Shown here: one piece after another, positions 10,405 through 20,956 of the stretch
Numbering within the stretch: the stretch's first letter is position 1
Layout: each line of letters begins with the position of its first letter
Assembly (NCBI GenBank): GCA_963662405.2
Contig: CAXXKT010000001.1
Span: forward strand, 800,001 to 864,000
Length of the DNA stretch: 64,000 nucleotides
From: Syntrophales bacterium
GTDB lineage: Bacteria; Desulfobacterota; Syntrophia; Syntrophales; UBA2210
Direction: 5' to 3'
Notes under the pieces: model-generated
Databases searched by the model: none
The model's input: only the letters and a program-made list of their open reading frames with translations
Told to the model about the DNA's origin: nothing
Translations under genes and position numbers: made by a program

Positions 10405-10920
10405 CTAAACCACAAGCTTCAGGATAATGACTCCCAGGAGGATCAGGGAAGCAATCCACGAAGACACCACATCCGAGATCCTGACTACCGGGTGCTCGAT
10501 CAGATCACGGACACCCTCTTCAACCTTTTCGTGATCGACATGCCTGACGATGTCTCGAACAAGAGAAGAGAAATTCCCGTGAGAGTTTGCCAACACGTAG
10601 AATCCTTTTGTGGTGGTCAGTAGGAGATACGCCTTTTTACGCACGGCCAAAATGTCTATGTTGGTAATCTCCCGCCACCGGAGATGTTTTTCTTTGAAAA
10701 GTGTTCTCACCGTGACGCCATCGGGACCGATGGTCGTTCGGCGCCGAAGAGCCTGCAGGAGGAAATACACGGTGGGAACAAAAATGATCGTGAGGATAAC
10801 GATTTCCGGCTGAAAGCTCCTGTCAAACAGGGAGACGATAAGCAGGACAAAGAGAAAGAAGGATACCAAGGAAAAAGGGTACAAAAATTCCCGCCTGGTT
10901 GTATATGTTGTTGTTTCCAT
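10405..10920 (-). CDS. Membrane protein with a bacterial PH-like domain
   Basis: Two N-terminal TM helices, [24 protein letters not shown]-terminal TM helix; in an operon with moaC. Confidence 0.65.
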   Translation of the reverse strand: METTTYTTRREFLYPFSLVSFFLFVLLIVSLFDRSFQPEIVILTIIFVPTVYFLLQALRRRTTIGPDGVTVRTLFKEKHLRWREITNIDILAVRKKAYLLLTTTKGFYVLANSHGNFSSLVRDIVRHVDHEKVEEGVRDLIEHPVVRISDVVSSWIASLILLGVIILKLVV

Positions 10921-10923
10921 CGG

Positions 10924-11400
10924 TTACTCTTTTCTCACAAAGGTACCGCTCTTCCCACCGCTTTTCTGCAACAGCCGTATATCGGACAGCCTGATCTCCC
11001 GATCCGCCGACTTGCACATGTCGTAAATAGTGAGCGCCGCCACGCTTACCGCCGTCAGGGCCTCCATCTCCACCCCTGTTCGCCCCAGGGTCTTGACACG
11101 CGCGGTAATAGTAATCTCCCCCTTCCCCGGATCACTCGAAAAATCAACATCGATTCCGGTCAGTTCGAGGGGGTGACACATCGGGATGATACCGCTCGTC
11201 TGTTTGGCAGCCATGATACCTGCAATCTTTGCGGTTGCATAGACGTTGCCCTTGAGAATCCCCCCCGATTCAATGGCCTCCACGGTATCGGGCCTCATCA
11301 CTACCCTCCCGCCGGCGACAGCCTCCCTCAGGCTGGACGCCTTACCGCTAACATCCACCATCCGGGGCCTGTTTTTTTCGTCCAAGTGTGAAAATTCCAT
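10924..11400 (-). CDS. moaC: Cyclic pyranopterin monophosphate synthase MoaC
   Basis: MVDVSGK, IPMCHP, TGVEMEAL, TIYDMCK, KSGGKSG. Confidence 0.97.
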   Translation of the reverse strand: MEFSHLDEKNRPRMVDVSGKASSLREAVAGGRVVMRPDTVEAIESGGILKGNVYATAKIAGIMAAKQTSGIIPMCHPLELTGIDVDFSSDPGKGEITITARVKTLGRTGVEMEALTAVSVAALTIYDMCKSADREIRLSDIRLLQKSGGKSGTFVRKE

Positions 11401-11488
11401 CAAGGCTTCTCCGTGCAGCGTCAGGAACGGTAACACAGGCTTATCATTCAGTCAAGCGAGTTCAGAAAACACAGCGGATATCTGACGA

Positions 11489-12574
11489 TCAAAACCCGAC
11501 TATCTTGCCTATATGTGTCGGTTTGAGCCGACGATACAACCATCCGTTGGCATAGAAAAATCGTGTCACCCACCCGGTCCGGCTGAGGAGCCTACGGGCA
11601 ATTGCCTGGACCGCCTTCTGCTGTCCCACCTTTCGATCCGACAGATAGATGGCAAACAGGCCACGATTAACCATCCGATGAAAGCGTGGTTCGGGCAAAC
11701 CGGATGTGCTCTTGTCTGCCTGGCGGAAAAAATATTGCAAGCGGCGGAGCATCTCCTCGTTGTTCGGGTAATACGCACAGAAATTCAGATCTCCGCCGAT
11801 GCGGTCTTCCTCCTGATCGATAAAATAATCTAAAAGAATATGGAGTCCCTGTACCCAGGGGAAGTACGCCTCCTTGATGCGTTCCGCCAAGTCCGGTGAA
11901 CAGCGATCATGAAAAGCAGAGGAAACCAGGCAGAAGATACCGAGCGTCGAGCCGCAGGATGCCGCAAATTCAAACCAGCTCATCTCGGGAAGGCCCGGCT
12001 GGTGAGCTTCGAACCACTTCTTGAGGCGCGGGACACGCTCCTCCTGCGTGACATGCTTGTGTACCTGCAGGTCACAATACCGATGCGCCAATTCGTCGAG
12101 CGCCGGGGCAATTGCGCCGTATGCGTGAATGCCCCCCAGGACCTCTTGACAGGTCTCGACGAGCGCTTCCAGATAGCCGTCATCGTCTTTCTCGCCGTGA
12201 AACCGATAATAATCCCCACTATCGGCGCCAGGGGTCAATGCATGAAACATCGCCTCGTGGAGGGCGCGGAAATCATGTGGATCCGCTGAAGTGCTGCGAT
12301 CGCAGAGGTTGTCAAGATAGTCGCTGATCGTCTGGTACGCGACGATGAATCGGATCGCCTCGGGGCATTCCGTTCCCGCCAGCAACCCATAGGCGCCCCC
12401 TCCCTCACAGTGAAAGGTCTTGGTTCGCATGCTGAGGAGCGCTTGTCGCCGGAGTTCGGGGTCCGGGATCCGCGCTGCACGTCTCCGCCATCCATCGAGG
12501 CAACGATGGACATGGGGGAGAATGGTCAGATAACCCCGCGCCATTATGGTATGCGGGGATGAGGGAATTACCAC
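11489..12574 (-). CDS. ytpB: Tetraprenyl-beta-curcumene synthase family terpene cyclase (YtpB/DUF2600)
   Basis: KTFHCEGG, AYQTISDYLDNLCDRS, YCDLQVHKH, GSTLGIFCL, QGLHILLDYFIDQEED, DLNFC as in Bacillus YtpB; GTG start after AAGGAG. Confidence 0.9.
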   Translation of the reverse strand: MVIPSSPHTIMARGYLTILPHVHRCLDGWRRRAARIPDPELRRQALLSMRTKTFHCEGGGAYGLLAGTECPEAIRFIVAYQTISDYLDNLCDRSTSADPHDFRALHEAMFHALTPGADSGDYYRFHGEKDDDGYLEALVETCQEVLGGIHAYGAIAPALDELAHRYCDLQVHKHVTQEERVPRLKKWFEAHQPGLPEMSWFEFAASCGSTLGIFCLVSSAFHDRCSPDLAERIKEAYFPWVQGLHILLDYFIDQEEDRIGGDLNFCAYYPNNEEMLRRLQYFFRQADKSTSGLPEPRFHRMVNRGLFAIYLSDRKVGQQKAVQAIARRLLSRTGWVTRFFYANGWLYRRLKPTHIGKIVGF

Positions 12575-12758
12575 CGGTATCAGCTCCTTCAATACGAGAG
12601 GAAAATCCTTTGATATAGGAAACAAGGGATGGGTGTCAAGAGAAAGAGGACACACATCGGCCAGAGGTCTCTTCTCATCGAAAGAGATTGCTTTGTGCGC
12701 CGTATTCTGGTAATGCCACCTCGCGCTGTGTGGCACGAAAAACAGGGGGTGGTGGATC

Positions 12759-13637
12759 ATGAGATACGAAGGGAATATATTCAGACCCTTCAGTGAGGCA
12801 AACAGCTATCTCCTGCAGTGCACCATCGGCTGTTCGCACAACCGGTGCACTTTCTGCGGGATGTACAAGGACAAAAAGTACCGCGTCCGCGGTCTCGATG
12901 AGATCCGGGCCGATATCCGGATGGCGCGGGATTACTATGGAGATCGGGAGAAGGTATTTCTTTGTGACGGAGACGCTATCGCCATCGAGACCGACACCCT
13001 CCTGGGGATCCTGCGTGAATTGTACGACACCTTTCCCTCACTGCGCCACGTGGGGACTTATGTGGGGCCCCAAAGCACACTGAAGAAAAGCATGCCGGAG
13101 CTGATCTCCCTCCGCTCCGCCGGACTTACCAAGGCCTATCTCGGTGTGGAAACGGGCGACGACCGGCTCCTGGCAGAGGTCGGGAAAGGAGTGGGAGCCG
13201 ATGAGATGCTCCGGGCCGGGAAAAACCTGGTCGACGCCGGGATCAACCTTTCCTCCATGGTCCTCCTGGGCCTTGCCGGGAAGGGAAAACCATCGTACGA
13301 GCATGCTATTGCCACCGCCCGGATCACCAACGAGATGGGACCTCAGTACCTGGCGGCGCTGACGGTCACCCCCGTCCCCGGCACGGTCCTCTACCGGCAC
13401 GTCGAGGAAGGGAGGTTCGAGGTTATGGATCCCTTTGAGACCCTTGAAGAGATGAAGCTCCTCTTTGAGAATATCACCCTTGATAACCTGAGATTCGTGG
13501 GGGTCCACGCCTCCAACTACCTCCCCATCAACGGGACCCTCCAACGGGACAAGCAAGAGATCCTTGCAACCATCGATCGAATCCTGGGAACGAAAGACCG
13601 AAGGATGCTGCGGAGCGAGCGGACGCGTGGTCTTTAA
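12759..13637 (+). CDS. Radical SAM protein, function unknown
   Basis: GCSHNRCTFC, FLCDGDA, YLGVETG, HASNY. Confidence 0.88.
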   Translation: MRYEGNIFRPFSEANSYLLQCTIGCSHNRCTFCGMYKDKKYRVRGLDEIRADIRMARDYYGDREKVFLCDGDAIAIETDTLLGILRELYDTFPSLRHVGTYVGPQSTLKKSMPELISLRSAGLTKAYLGVETGDDRLLAEVGKGVGADEMLRAGKNLVDAGINLSSMVLLGLAGKGKPSYEHAIATARITNEMGPQYLAALTVTPVPGTVLYRHVEEGRFEVMDPFETLEEMKLLFENITLDNLRFVGVHASNYLPINGTLQRDKQEILATIDRILGTKDRRMLRSERTRGL

Positions 13638-13768
13638 AGGTTCCTTCGTCATACCTTCCTCATTTTGGTTTCATTCCCACGCGGATTCTGATAAGGGTCG
13701 GGAGGGAGTTGATCGATAATCGAAGGAAGAGTCCGGTTGCACGGCCTCACAATACAGGGAAATCATTT

Positions 13769-14002
13769 ATGGAAGAGGTCGTCATCGTATCCGCTTGTCG
13801 AGTCGCGATCGGACGGGTGCAGGAAGATCTGAAAGCAGCGCGGTCGCGGCACCCGACCCTGACCGCGAGGTATGAGGCTGTCAGGAGAGCGGGAATCGCT
13901 GCAGACGGTGTCGATGAGATCGCGATGGGGCAGTGTCTCTCCACGGTGCAGGGATCACCGCCAGCGGGGCAGGGGGGAATAGAGATTGTGCTTCCTTTAT
14001 GA
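13769..14002 (+). pseudogene. Truncated, diverged thiolase N-terminus
   Basis: MEEVVIVSACRVAIGR...EAVRRAGIAADGVDEIAMGQ...QGSPPAGQ then a stop at 77 aa, before the catalytic Cys. Confidence 0.75.
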
Positions 14003-14109
14003 GTCGGGGAGGCATCGTTGTGCGTCGGAGGCGGTCCCGCTCTGGTGTCGCTCCGAACGCAAAATATATAAGAGATGGAAGATACTATGAAACGGAAGGG
14101 TTACATATA

Positions 14110-14958
14110 ATGATCCACAATGATTTTTACCGGTTCCGGGGCGCCGATAAGTACGTCCTGGATGAAGAACTCGCCGAGATCGTGAATGTCTCGATGGCCC
14201 TGGAAATGCCGCTTCTCCTCAAAGGGGAGCCGGGGACGGGGAAGACGATGCTGGCCTACGCCATCGCTGAGAGCCTCGGGATGCCCCTGATCGTCCTTAA
14301 TGTCAAGTCGAGCATGAAGCTGGTGGAAGCCCTCTACCAGTACGACACCCTGACAAGACTGAACGACAGCCGCTTCGCCGACTCGAAACGGGATGTCAGC
14401 AATATCGAAGAATATATCAAAATGGGGAAGATCGGGCAGGCCTTCGTCGCGGACGGGAGGGTCGTTCTCCTGATTGACGAGATCGACAAGGCCGACACGG
14501 ACTTCCAGGATGACATGCTGGATGTCCTGGACCAGATGGAATTCGATATCATTGAGGTGGACAAGACCATTTCAGCGAAACACCGGCCCGTCATCATCAT
14601 CACCTCCAATGCGAAGAAAGATCTGTCCGATCCTTTCTTGGGACGTTGCAACTTCCACCATATAGCCTTCCCGGGGGAGGACACGATGCGCCGGATTATC
14701 GGGGTCCACTTTCCCGACCTGGGGCGTGACATCACGGATGCCTGCCTCAAGACCTTCTACAATCTGCGGAAGTTGGATGGGGTCGAGAAAAAACCCGCCA
14801 CCCGAGAATTGATCAACTGGATCAGGGCGTTGAAAGCCGACCCCGACTTCAAGATTTCGCTCCTCGAACGGGGAGATGTCCCCTATCTGGGGGTCCTGTA
14901 CAAGAAAAGCCCGGATCTGAAGATTGCGAGCAGCGCCATCGGCCGGAACCGCCGATAA
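14110..14958 (+). CDS. MoxR-family AAA+ ATPase
   Basis: PLLLKGEPGTGKT, LLIDEIDKAD, IITSN, KKPATRELINW. Confidence 0.9.
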   Translation: MIHNDFYRFRGADKYVLDEELAEIVNVSMALEMPLLLKGEPGTGKTMLAYAIAESLGMPLIVLNVKSSMKLVEALYQYDTLTRLNDSRFADSKRDVSNIEEYIKMGKIGQAFVADGRVVLLIDEIDKADTDFQDDMLDVLDQMEFDIIEVDKTISAKHRPVIIITSNAKKDLSDPFLGRCNFHHIAFPGEDTMRRIIGVHFPDLGRDITDACLKTFYNLRKLDGVEKKPATRELINWIRALKADPDFKISLLERGDVPYLGVLYKKSPDLKIASSAIGRNRR

Positions 14959-14982
14959 AAAAGATTCACAGGAGCGCATGCG

Positions 14983-16176
14983 GTGTTTATCAGTTTCTTC
15001 TATAACCTCAGAGATCGGGGCATCCCGGTCACGCCGACCTCTTTCCTCAGGCTGCAGCGTGCCCTGCGACTGGGGACCGTGCGGTCCCTGAACAACTTCT
15101 ATGTCGTTGCCCGTACTCTCTTAGTCAAAAGCGAACGGTACTTCGACATATATGACCAGGTCTTCGCGCACCACTTCGAAGGGGTAGACCTTCCCGACCT
15201 TGATGAAATCGAACTCGGCGAGATGGCAAAGCTCCTTCTCGATGAATGGCTGAAAAATCCGGAGGGAGTCGCCGCCGCCCTCGGTGTCAACGAGGAAGAC
15301 CTGCAGAAGCTGACCCCCGAGGAACTGGAACGGTACTTCCTCGATCGCCTCAAGGACCAGACGGAGGCCCATCATGGGGGAAACAAGTGGATCGGAACCG
15401 GCGGCACCTCACCGGTGGGACACTCCGGTTTTCACCCCGGGGGGATGCGGGTGGGAGGAACCTCGCAGAACAAATCGGCGACCAAGGTAGCCCTTGATCG
15501 GCGTTATCGTGATTACTCGCAGGAAGGTCCCCTGACCCAGTCACAGATGGGAGAAGCGCTCAAGAAGCTCCGCCGGATGGTTCCCGCCGGGCCGCTGGAT
15601 GTAGTGAACGTGGACAAAACGATCTACCAGACGATGAAGAATGCCGGAGAAATCGAGATCATCTTTGACCGCCGCCTCATGGACCGACTGAAGGTTATCC
15701 TGATGATCGATAACGGCGGCTGGTCGATGGATCCCTATATACCCCTGGTGCAGACCCTGTTCGATTACGCCCGCAACCAGTTCAAGGACCTCAAGACCTA
15801 CTTCTTTCACAATACCATCTACGACCGGGTCTGGGCCGATGCCGCGCGATACCGAAAATCGGAGTTGATCACTGATTTAGTCAAGAAAGATCCCGATACG
15901 CGGATCGTCATTGTGGGAGATGCCAGCATGGCACCCTACGAGTTGATGAACGGGGGAGGATCGATCTACTTCGGGGAGCGGACGCGGACGGCCAGCATCG
16001 AAAACCTGCATTTCCTCTCCCAGACCTTTCGCCATACGGTCTGGCTGAATCCGGTTTCCCGATACGAGTGGTCGGGGACCTGGACCATCGACCAGATCCG
16101 ACGTGTCTTCCCCATGTTCGAACTGACGCTCGACGGGCTGGATGGGGCCGTCAGCCACCTCATGTCACGCAACTGA
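14983..16176 (+). CDS. VWA-domain (CoxE-like) partner of MoxR
   Basis: HHGGNKWIGTGGTSPVGHSG, MIDNGGWSM, YFFHN, IVGDASMAPYEL, WLNP. Confidence 0.85.
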   Translation: MFISFFYNLRDRGIPVTPTSFLRLQRALRLGTVRSLNNFYVVARTLLVKSERYFDIYDQVFAHHFEGVDLPDLDEIELGEMAKLLLDEWLKNPEGVAAALGVNEEDLQKLTPEELERYFLDRLKDQTEAHHGGNKWIGTGGTSPVGHSGFHPGGMRVGGTSQNKSATKVALDRRYRDYSQEGPLTQSQMGEALKKLRRMVPAGPLDVVNVDKTIYQTMKNAGEIEIIFDRRLMDRLKVILMIDNGGWSMDPYIPLVQTLFDYARNQFKDLKTYFFHNTIYDRVWADAARYRKSELITDLVKKDPDTRIVIVGDASMAPYELMNGGGSIYFGERTRTASIENLHFLSQTFRHTVWLNPVSRYEWSGTWTIDQIRRVFPMFELTLDGLDGAVSHLMSRN

Positions 16177-16197
16177 TGTGATGACTCATCCGAAAGA

Positions 16198-16944
16198 CTA
16201 TAGGATCTGGTTGAGAAACAGCTTGGTTCGTTCCTGGATGGGATTCGTGAAGAAGTGTTCGGGGGTTCCCTCCTCGATGATCGTCCCGTAATCCATAAAG
16301 ATGACCCGGTCCGCCACCTCACGGGCAAAGCCCATCTCATGCGTAACGACGATCATTGTCATCCCCTCTTTCGCCAGCTTGGTCATGACATCGAGGACCT
16401 CCCCGATCATCTCGGGATCCAGCGCCGATGTGGGCTCGTCAAAGAGCATGATCTTGGGTTTCATCGCCAGGGCCCGCGCGATGGCAACTCGTTGCTGCTG
16501 TCCCCCGGAGAGCTTGTCGGGATACTCATCCACCTTATCGATAATCCCCACCTTACCCAAGAGTTCGCGTGATATCTCCGAGGCCTCTTTCTTGGAGCGT
16601 TTGCGAACAACGAGCTGTGCAAGGTTGACGTTGTCCAAAACGGTCTTGTGGGGAAAGACATTGAAGGACTGGAAAACCATCCCGATCTCCTCGCGAACCT
16701 TGTTGATGTCTGTCCCCGGATCACCGATATCGATCCCGTCGACGACGATACGGCCGTGATCGATCCGCTCAAGCTGGTTGATCGAGCGGAGCAGCGTGCT
16801 CTTGCCGGAGCCGCTCGGCCCGATGAGGACCAGCTTTTCGCCGTCGAGGACATCCAGCGAGACGTTGTCCAAGGCCTTCAACTGACCGAAAAACTTGTAC
16901 ACCTCCCGCATCTCGACCATGACCGCGTTGTTATCTGTTGACAC
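16198..16944 (-). CDS. Polar amino acid ABC transporter ATPase (GlnQ-like)
   Basis: [35 protein letters not shown]. Confidence 0.95.
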   Translation of the reverse strand: MSTDNNAVMVEMREVYKFFGQLKALDNVSLDVLDGEKLVLIGPSGSGKSTLLRSINQLERIDHGRIVVDGIDIGDPGTDINKVREEIGMVFQSFNVFPHKTVLDNVNLAQLVVRKRSKKEASEISRELLGKVGIIDKVDEYPDKLSGGQQQRVAIARALAMKPKIMLFDEPTSALDPEMIGEVLDVMTKLAKEGMTMIVVTHEMGFAREVADRVIFMDYGTIIEEGTPEHFFTNPIQERTKLFLNQIL

Positions 16945-17740
16945 CGACCTTGTCCTCCATGATGCTGACCAGTTTCGATAAAAAGAGCGTAATGATCAGG
17001 TAGACGAGAGCGACCATCGTATAGGTCTCGAAGTAGTTGAACGATTCCGCTGCGAATTCGCGTCCCCTCCGCAAGAGGTCGGACACGGCGAGGATCGAGA
17101 CCAGGGAGGAGTCCTTCAGGAGAGCTACGAACTCGTTGCCGATGGGGGGGAGGATGGTCTTGACCGCTTGCGGGAGGATCACATGACGCATTGCCTGTGA
17201 CGAGTTCATCCCGAGGGACCGGGCTGCCTCCATCTGCCCGCCGGAGATAGATTCGATCCCGGCCCGAAAGATCTCACCCATATACGCCCCGTAGCAGACG
17301 GCCATCGCGATGATCGCGCTGGCCGTAGCGGGGACATTGATAATACGACCCAAGGCGAAGTAAATGTAGAACAGCTGAACGAGAAGGGGAATCCCCCGGA
17401 TGATCTCCACATACAGCGACGCGATCCCGCTCAGTATCCGGTTCTTCGATATCCTCCCGAGACCGGTAAAGAGCCCGATGATCAGGGCGAGGACGATTGC
17501 TGCTATGGTGACCTGAAAGGTGACCAGGATCCCATCCGGAAGAAATTTCAATATCCTCCAGTAGGGATCCGGGCTCGTAATAACCAGATAGGCAACGATG
17601 GTAATGGCGCCTATGAACGAAACCCTCCACGCCGTAAAGAGTCCCAAATCTCCCTTCGTGGGAATTGCCGCACCATCACTCACCGCTATGACCGGCCGCG
17701 AAGAATCTTCTCCCTTTGTGGTATTTTTTATCTCAGCCAC
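16931..17740 (-). CDS. Polar amino acid ABC transporter permease
   Basis: [17 protein letters not shown] motif [16 protein letters not shown]. Confidence 0.95.
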   Translation of the reverse strand: MAEIKNTTKGEDSSRPVIAVSDGAAIPTKGDLGLFTAWRVSFIGAITIVAYLVITSPDPYWRILKFLPDGILVTFQVTIAAIVLALIIGLFTGLGRISKNRILSGIASLYVEIIRGIPLLVQLFYIYFALGRIINVPATASAIIAMAVCYGAYMGEIFRAGIESISGGQMEAARSLGMNSSQAMRHVILPQAVKTILPPIGNEFVALLKDSSLVSILAVSDLLRRGREFAAESFNYFETYTMVALVYLIITLFLSKLVSIMEDKVGVNR

Positions 17741-18483
17741 TTCTTTTCCAACTGCTTGTCGATACCCTTTGCCTGGACGGCCTTGATGCCTTCGTTGATC
17801 AGATTAAGCAATTTCTTGTCGTCCTTCTGTACCACGATGCCGTAGTATTCAGTTGTCAGGATATCACCGACGATCTTGAACTTCGCCTTGTACTCCTCCT
17901 GCTGGAGGGCGTACTGCGCGGCCACCGGGGTGTCGCAGACAACGCCGGCGATGCGCCCCGTCGCCATATCTTCAAAGGCCAGGCCAATCTCGTCGTAGCT
18001 TTTGAGTTCGACGCCTGCCACCTTGCTGATCTCACGGGCACCCGTCGTGCCGATCTGGGCGCCTGCACTTTTCCCCTTCAGGTCGGCAATCATGACGGCA
18101 TCTGATTCCTTGGGGACGATTAGAACCTGCCCCGCATTGATGTAGGGCTCGGAAAAACTCATCGTCTTTTTCCGCTCTTCGGTAATGGTAACGGAGGAGA
18201 TAATGGCATCATACTTACCGACGGCTATACCGGCAAAGATCCCGTCCCACGCAGTGTTCTTGAACTCCACCGTGAACCCCGCCTCCTTTGCCACGGCATT
18301 CATAAAGTCGATATCGAAACCGACAATGTTCTTGTTCGCGTCCACCATCTCCATCGGAGGCCAGGTAGCGTCCGTAGCGCAGGTAATGGAGGTGGTATCC
18401 GCTCCGCACTGACTCCCGCCTATCGAAAACGCAACGAATCCGGCTATTACTAATAAACTTAGTATTATACTACGATTTCTCAT
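17728..18483 (-). CDS. Basic/polar amino acid ABC transporter substrate-binding protein
   Basis: Signal peptide, DATWPPME, GFDID, ITEERKK, QIGTTG, EYYGI. Confidence 0.93.
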   Translation of the reverse strand: MRNRSIILSLLVIAGFVAFSIGGSQCGADTTSITCATDATWPPMEMVDANKNIVGFDIDFMNAVAKEAGFTVEFKNTAWDGIFAGIAVGKYDAIISSVTITEERKKTMSFSEPYINAGQVLIVPKESDAVMIADLKGKSAGAQIGTTGAREISKVAGVELKSYDEIGLAFEDMATGRIAGVVCDTPVAAQYALQQEEYKAKFKIVGDILTTEYYGIVVQKDDKKLLNLINEGIKAVQAKGIDKQLEKKWLR

Positions 18484-18634
18484 GTCATCCTCCTTCGCTC
18501 AGAAGCTCGCTATCGTTGGCAGTAGTTACTATTGGGGGGGGGTATTGTCAAGATAAAAACCGGGGCATATTGAGGGTTGCTTTTTAAAAAACCAAGGGAT
18601 ATAAGCCGATTCTGCCTCAAGGAGGGCAAGGGGT

Positions 18635-19543
18635 ATGGTATACATGCCGAGGGAAATACACAGACTGGGAGCGGATCTCCTCCTCCTCATTACCACCTTG
18701 TTCTGGGGCGTGACCTTTGTCGTGGTCAAACAGGCCGTGGAGCAGGTGGGAGTGTTTCTCTTCCTGGCGCAACGGTTCGGCCTGGCCTTTCTGATTCTCT
18801 TGGTGATCTGTCTGATCGCGAGACGTCCCTTCGGGAAAGGGTGCCTCGCGAGAAGCGCCTTTCTCGGGATCCTGCTCTTCGGGGCCTTCGCCTTTCAGAC
18901 CATGGCCCTTGTATATACCACCGCCTCGAACACCGCCTTCTTGACGGGGCTCAATGTCGTCCTCGTTCCGGTCATGGGGGCCCTCTTGTTCGGGCATTCC
19001 GTGGGGGGTAACCTCAAGCTGGGTGTGGCCCTGGCCACTGCGGGACTGTTTCTCCTCTGCACCAACGGCGACTGGAGCTTTAACCGGGGCGACATCCTCG
19101 GGATCTCTTGTGCGGTCTGTGTTGCACTCCATCTCGTTTTCACCGGTAGGTACGCACGGGAAAGCGATGTCTACTGGTTGACGACGATACAGATCGGGAT
19201 CGTGGCCCTCTTGAGTTCCTTGGTCGTGTGGGGCACTGGGGGTACAGTCCGGGCCTGGCATCCTGAGATACTGCAGGCACTCGTGATCTGTGTTCTTTTT
19301 GCGACGATCTTCGCCTACCTGGTCCAGACCTCTATGCAACGCTTCGCCACACCCACACACACGGCATTGATCTTCTGCATGGAGCCGGTATTCGCGGCGC
19401 TCTACGCCTACTGGGCTATCGGTGAACGGTTCGGCGCACGGGGACTGATCGGCGCTGCCTGCATCCTTGCCGGGATGATTATCTCCGAGGTCTCTTTCCC
19501 GGGTCAATTCTTCAGGAAGGGACGCGCCGGTGAATTAGACTAG
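18635..19543 (+). CDS. DMT/EamA family transporter
   Basis: FWGVTF, TTASNTAFLT, FCMEPVFA; two hydrophobic repeats. Confidence 0.9.
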   Translation: MVYMPREIHRLGADLLLLITTLFWGVTFVVVKQAVEQVGVFLFLAQRFGLAFLILLVICLIARRPFGKGCLARSAFLGILLFGAFAFQTMALVYTTASNTAFLTGLNVVLVPVMGALLFGHSVGGNLKLGVALATAGLFLLCTNGDWSFNRGDILGISCAVCVALHLVFTGRYARESDVYWLTTIQIGIVALLSSLVVWGTGGTVRAWHPEILQALVICVLFATIFAYLVQTSMQRFATPTHTALIFCMEPVFAALYAYWAIGERFGARGLIGAACILAGMIISEVSFPGQFFRKGRAGELD

Positions 19544-20329
19544 GGGCACGTTTCTCTCTAAGGTAATCGCGTAAAGAATAATGCCGGCGGCGATCGACAG
19601 ATTGAGAGACTCGACCTTCCCCCGCCCCGGGATCGTTATCAATTGGTCAGCACCGCGCTCCAACTCCTCCGAAAGACCGCCCGCTTCCTGTCCCAACATC
19701 ACAATCGTTCTGTCGACCTTTTGCAACGCATCCGGTGAATCGCCCCCCCGCGGGACCATTGCCACCATTCGGAACCCCATATCCCCGGCAAACCGTTGGA
19801 TCTGTTCGAAATCGACAGAGCGGTACACCTTCGTTTTGAAGATTGCCCCCGCGGACGCCCGTATTGCCTTCGTATTGAAGGGATCTACACAAGAGGGACT
19901 CAGGATCAGCTGTTCGATCCCGAACCAGGCGGCTGTGCGGATAATCGTCCCCAGGTTTCCCGGGTCGGAGATACGGTCGAGGTACAGCAGGGTAGCGGAA
20001 GCTGCTTTCACCGAGCCCTCAAAATCAAAGCCTCCCCGACGACAGACCATGACAATCCCTTGCGGTGTCTTCTCCGTGGAGAGCTCCTTCAGGACACTAT
20101 CGGAGCATTCGTAAACGGGAAAGGCACCGGGGAGAAGAGCGGCAGCCATCTCCCGGTGAGTGCGATCCGTCATGACCTCAACGATGGGATGGACGGTCGT
20201 TTCAACGGCCGCTTCAAGGGCATTGAACCCCTCGGCGATGAAGACCCCTTCCTTCTCCCGAACACTTTTGTGGTGCAGGCTCCGAATCCACTTCCGGTGA
20301 CGGGTTGACAGCGGCGCTTCTTTTCCCAT
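19535..20329 (-). CDS. TrmH/SpoU family RNA methyltransferase
   Basis: DPGNLGTIIRTA, LGQEAGGLS, IPGRGKVESLNLSIAAGI. Confidence 0.93.
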   Translation of the reverse strand: MGKEAPLSTRHRKWIRSLHHKSVREKEGVFIAEGFNALEAAVETTVHPIVEVMTDRTHREMAAALLPGAFPVYECSDSVLKELSTEKTPQGIVMVCRRGGFDFEGSVKAASATLLYLDRISDPGNLGTIIRTAAWFGIEQLILSPSCVDPFNTKAIRASAGAIFKTKVYRSVDFEQIQRFAGDMGFRMVAMVPRGGDSPDALQKVDRTIVMLGQEAGGLSEELERGADQLITIPGRGKVESLNLSIAAGIILYAITLERNVPLV

Positions 20330-20422
20330 TATTCTCTCCCTCTCACGCACGGTCCGGCCCGGAACACACTCCTAAAAACCCTTGGGGCGCCGGGATAACC
20401 GGTAAGATATCGCGTCATGCTC

Positions 20423-20956
20423 TTATCGCATCCTCTCGGGGGGCCAGCGTTCTCTTTTTTCGTACGTATGAAGCTCCGGTGTCGCGACCACAATAGTGTG
20501 GTTACCCGTCATCCGGAACCAGGTTGTCGCGGAAAGAATCGAATACCAGACCCCGATCCGGTCACCGGCATGATTGAGGAGGACAAACCCGTGTATGATC
20601 GGGGCCTCAATCTTCATGTGGGTAACGAGGTCCCGAAGGACCCGGGGCGTCATTTCAATCCTCTTCCACAGGGTGGATTCCAAGATATAGTCCTTGTTGA
20701 TTCCCAGGATGGCATTCGGTTGCGCGTCCGAGCCGCTGATATAGTAATTGAAATCGGGATCAGGTTGATAGGACTCAAAGGTCTGCTGAACCCCTCCATC
20801 AGGAACAATCCTTCCATAATCACCGTCATGCAGACCACCACACCCCACCGGCAGGCAAAGCAGCAGAAGGGATAAGAGATACAGCGGCGGTCGCCGGATG
20901 GTCCGTCCCGCTCCGTTTCTTCCCCGCATCATGTATTCCTCTCTCTCATCTGGCAT
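20423..20956 (-). CDS. Hypothetical lipoprotein (start uncertain)
   Basis: Basic N-region, hydrophobic stretch, lipobox-like LPVGC. Confidence 0.65.
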   Translation of the reverse strand: MPDEREEYMMRGRNGAGRTIRRPPLYLLSLLLLCLPVGCGGLHDGDYGRIVPDGGVQQTFESYQPDPDFNYYISGSDAQPNAILGINKDYILESTLWKRIEMTPRVLRDLVTHMKIEAPIIHGFVLLNHAGDRIGVWYSILSATTWFRMTGNHTIVVATPELHTYEKRERWPPERMR

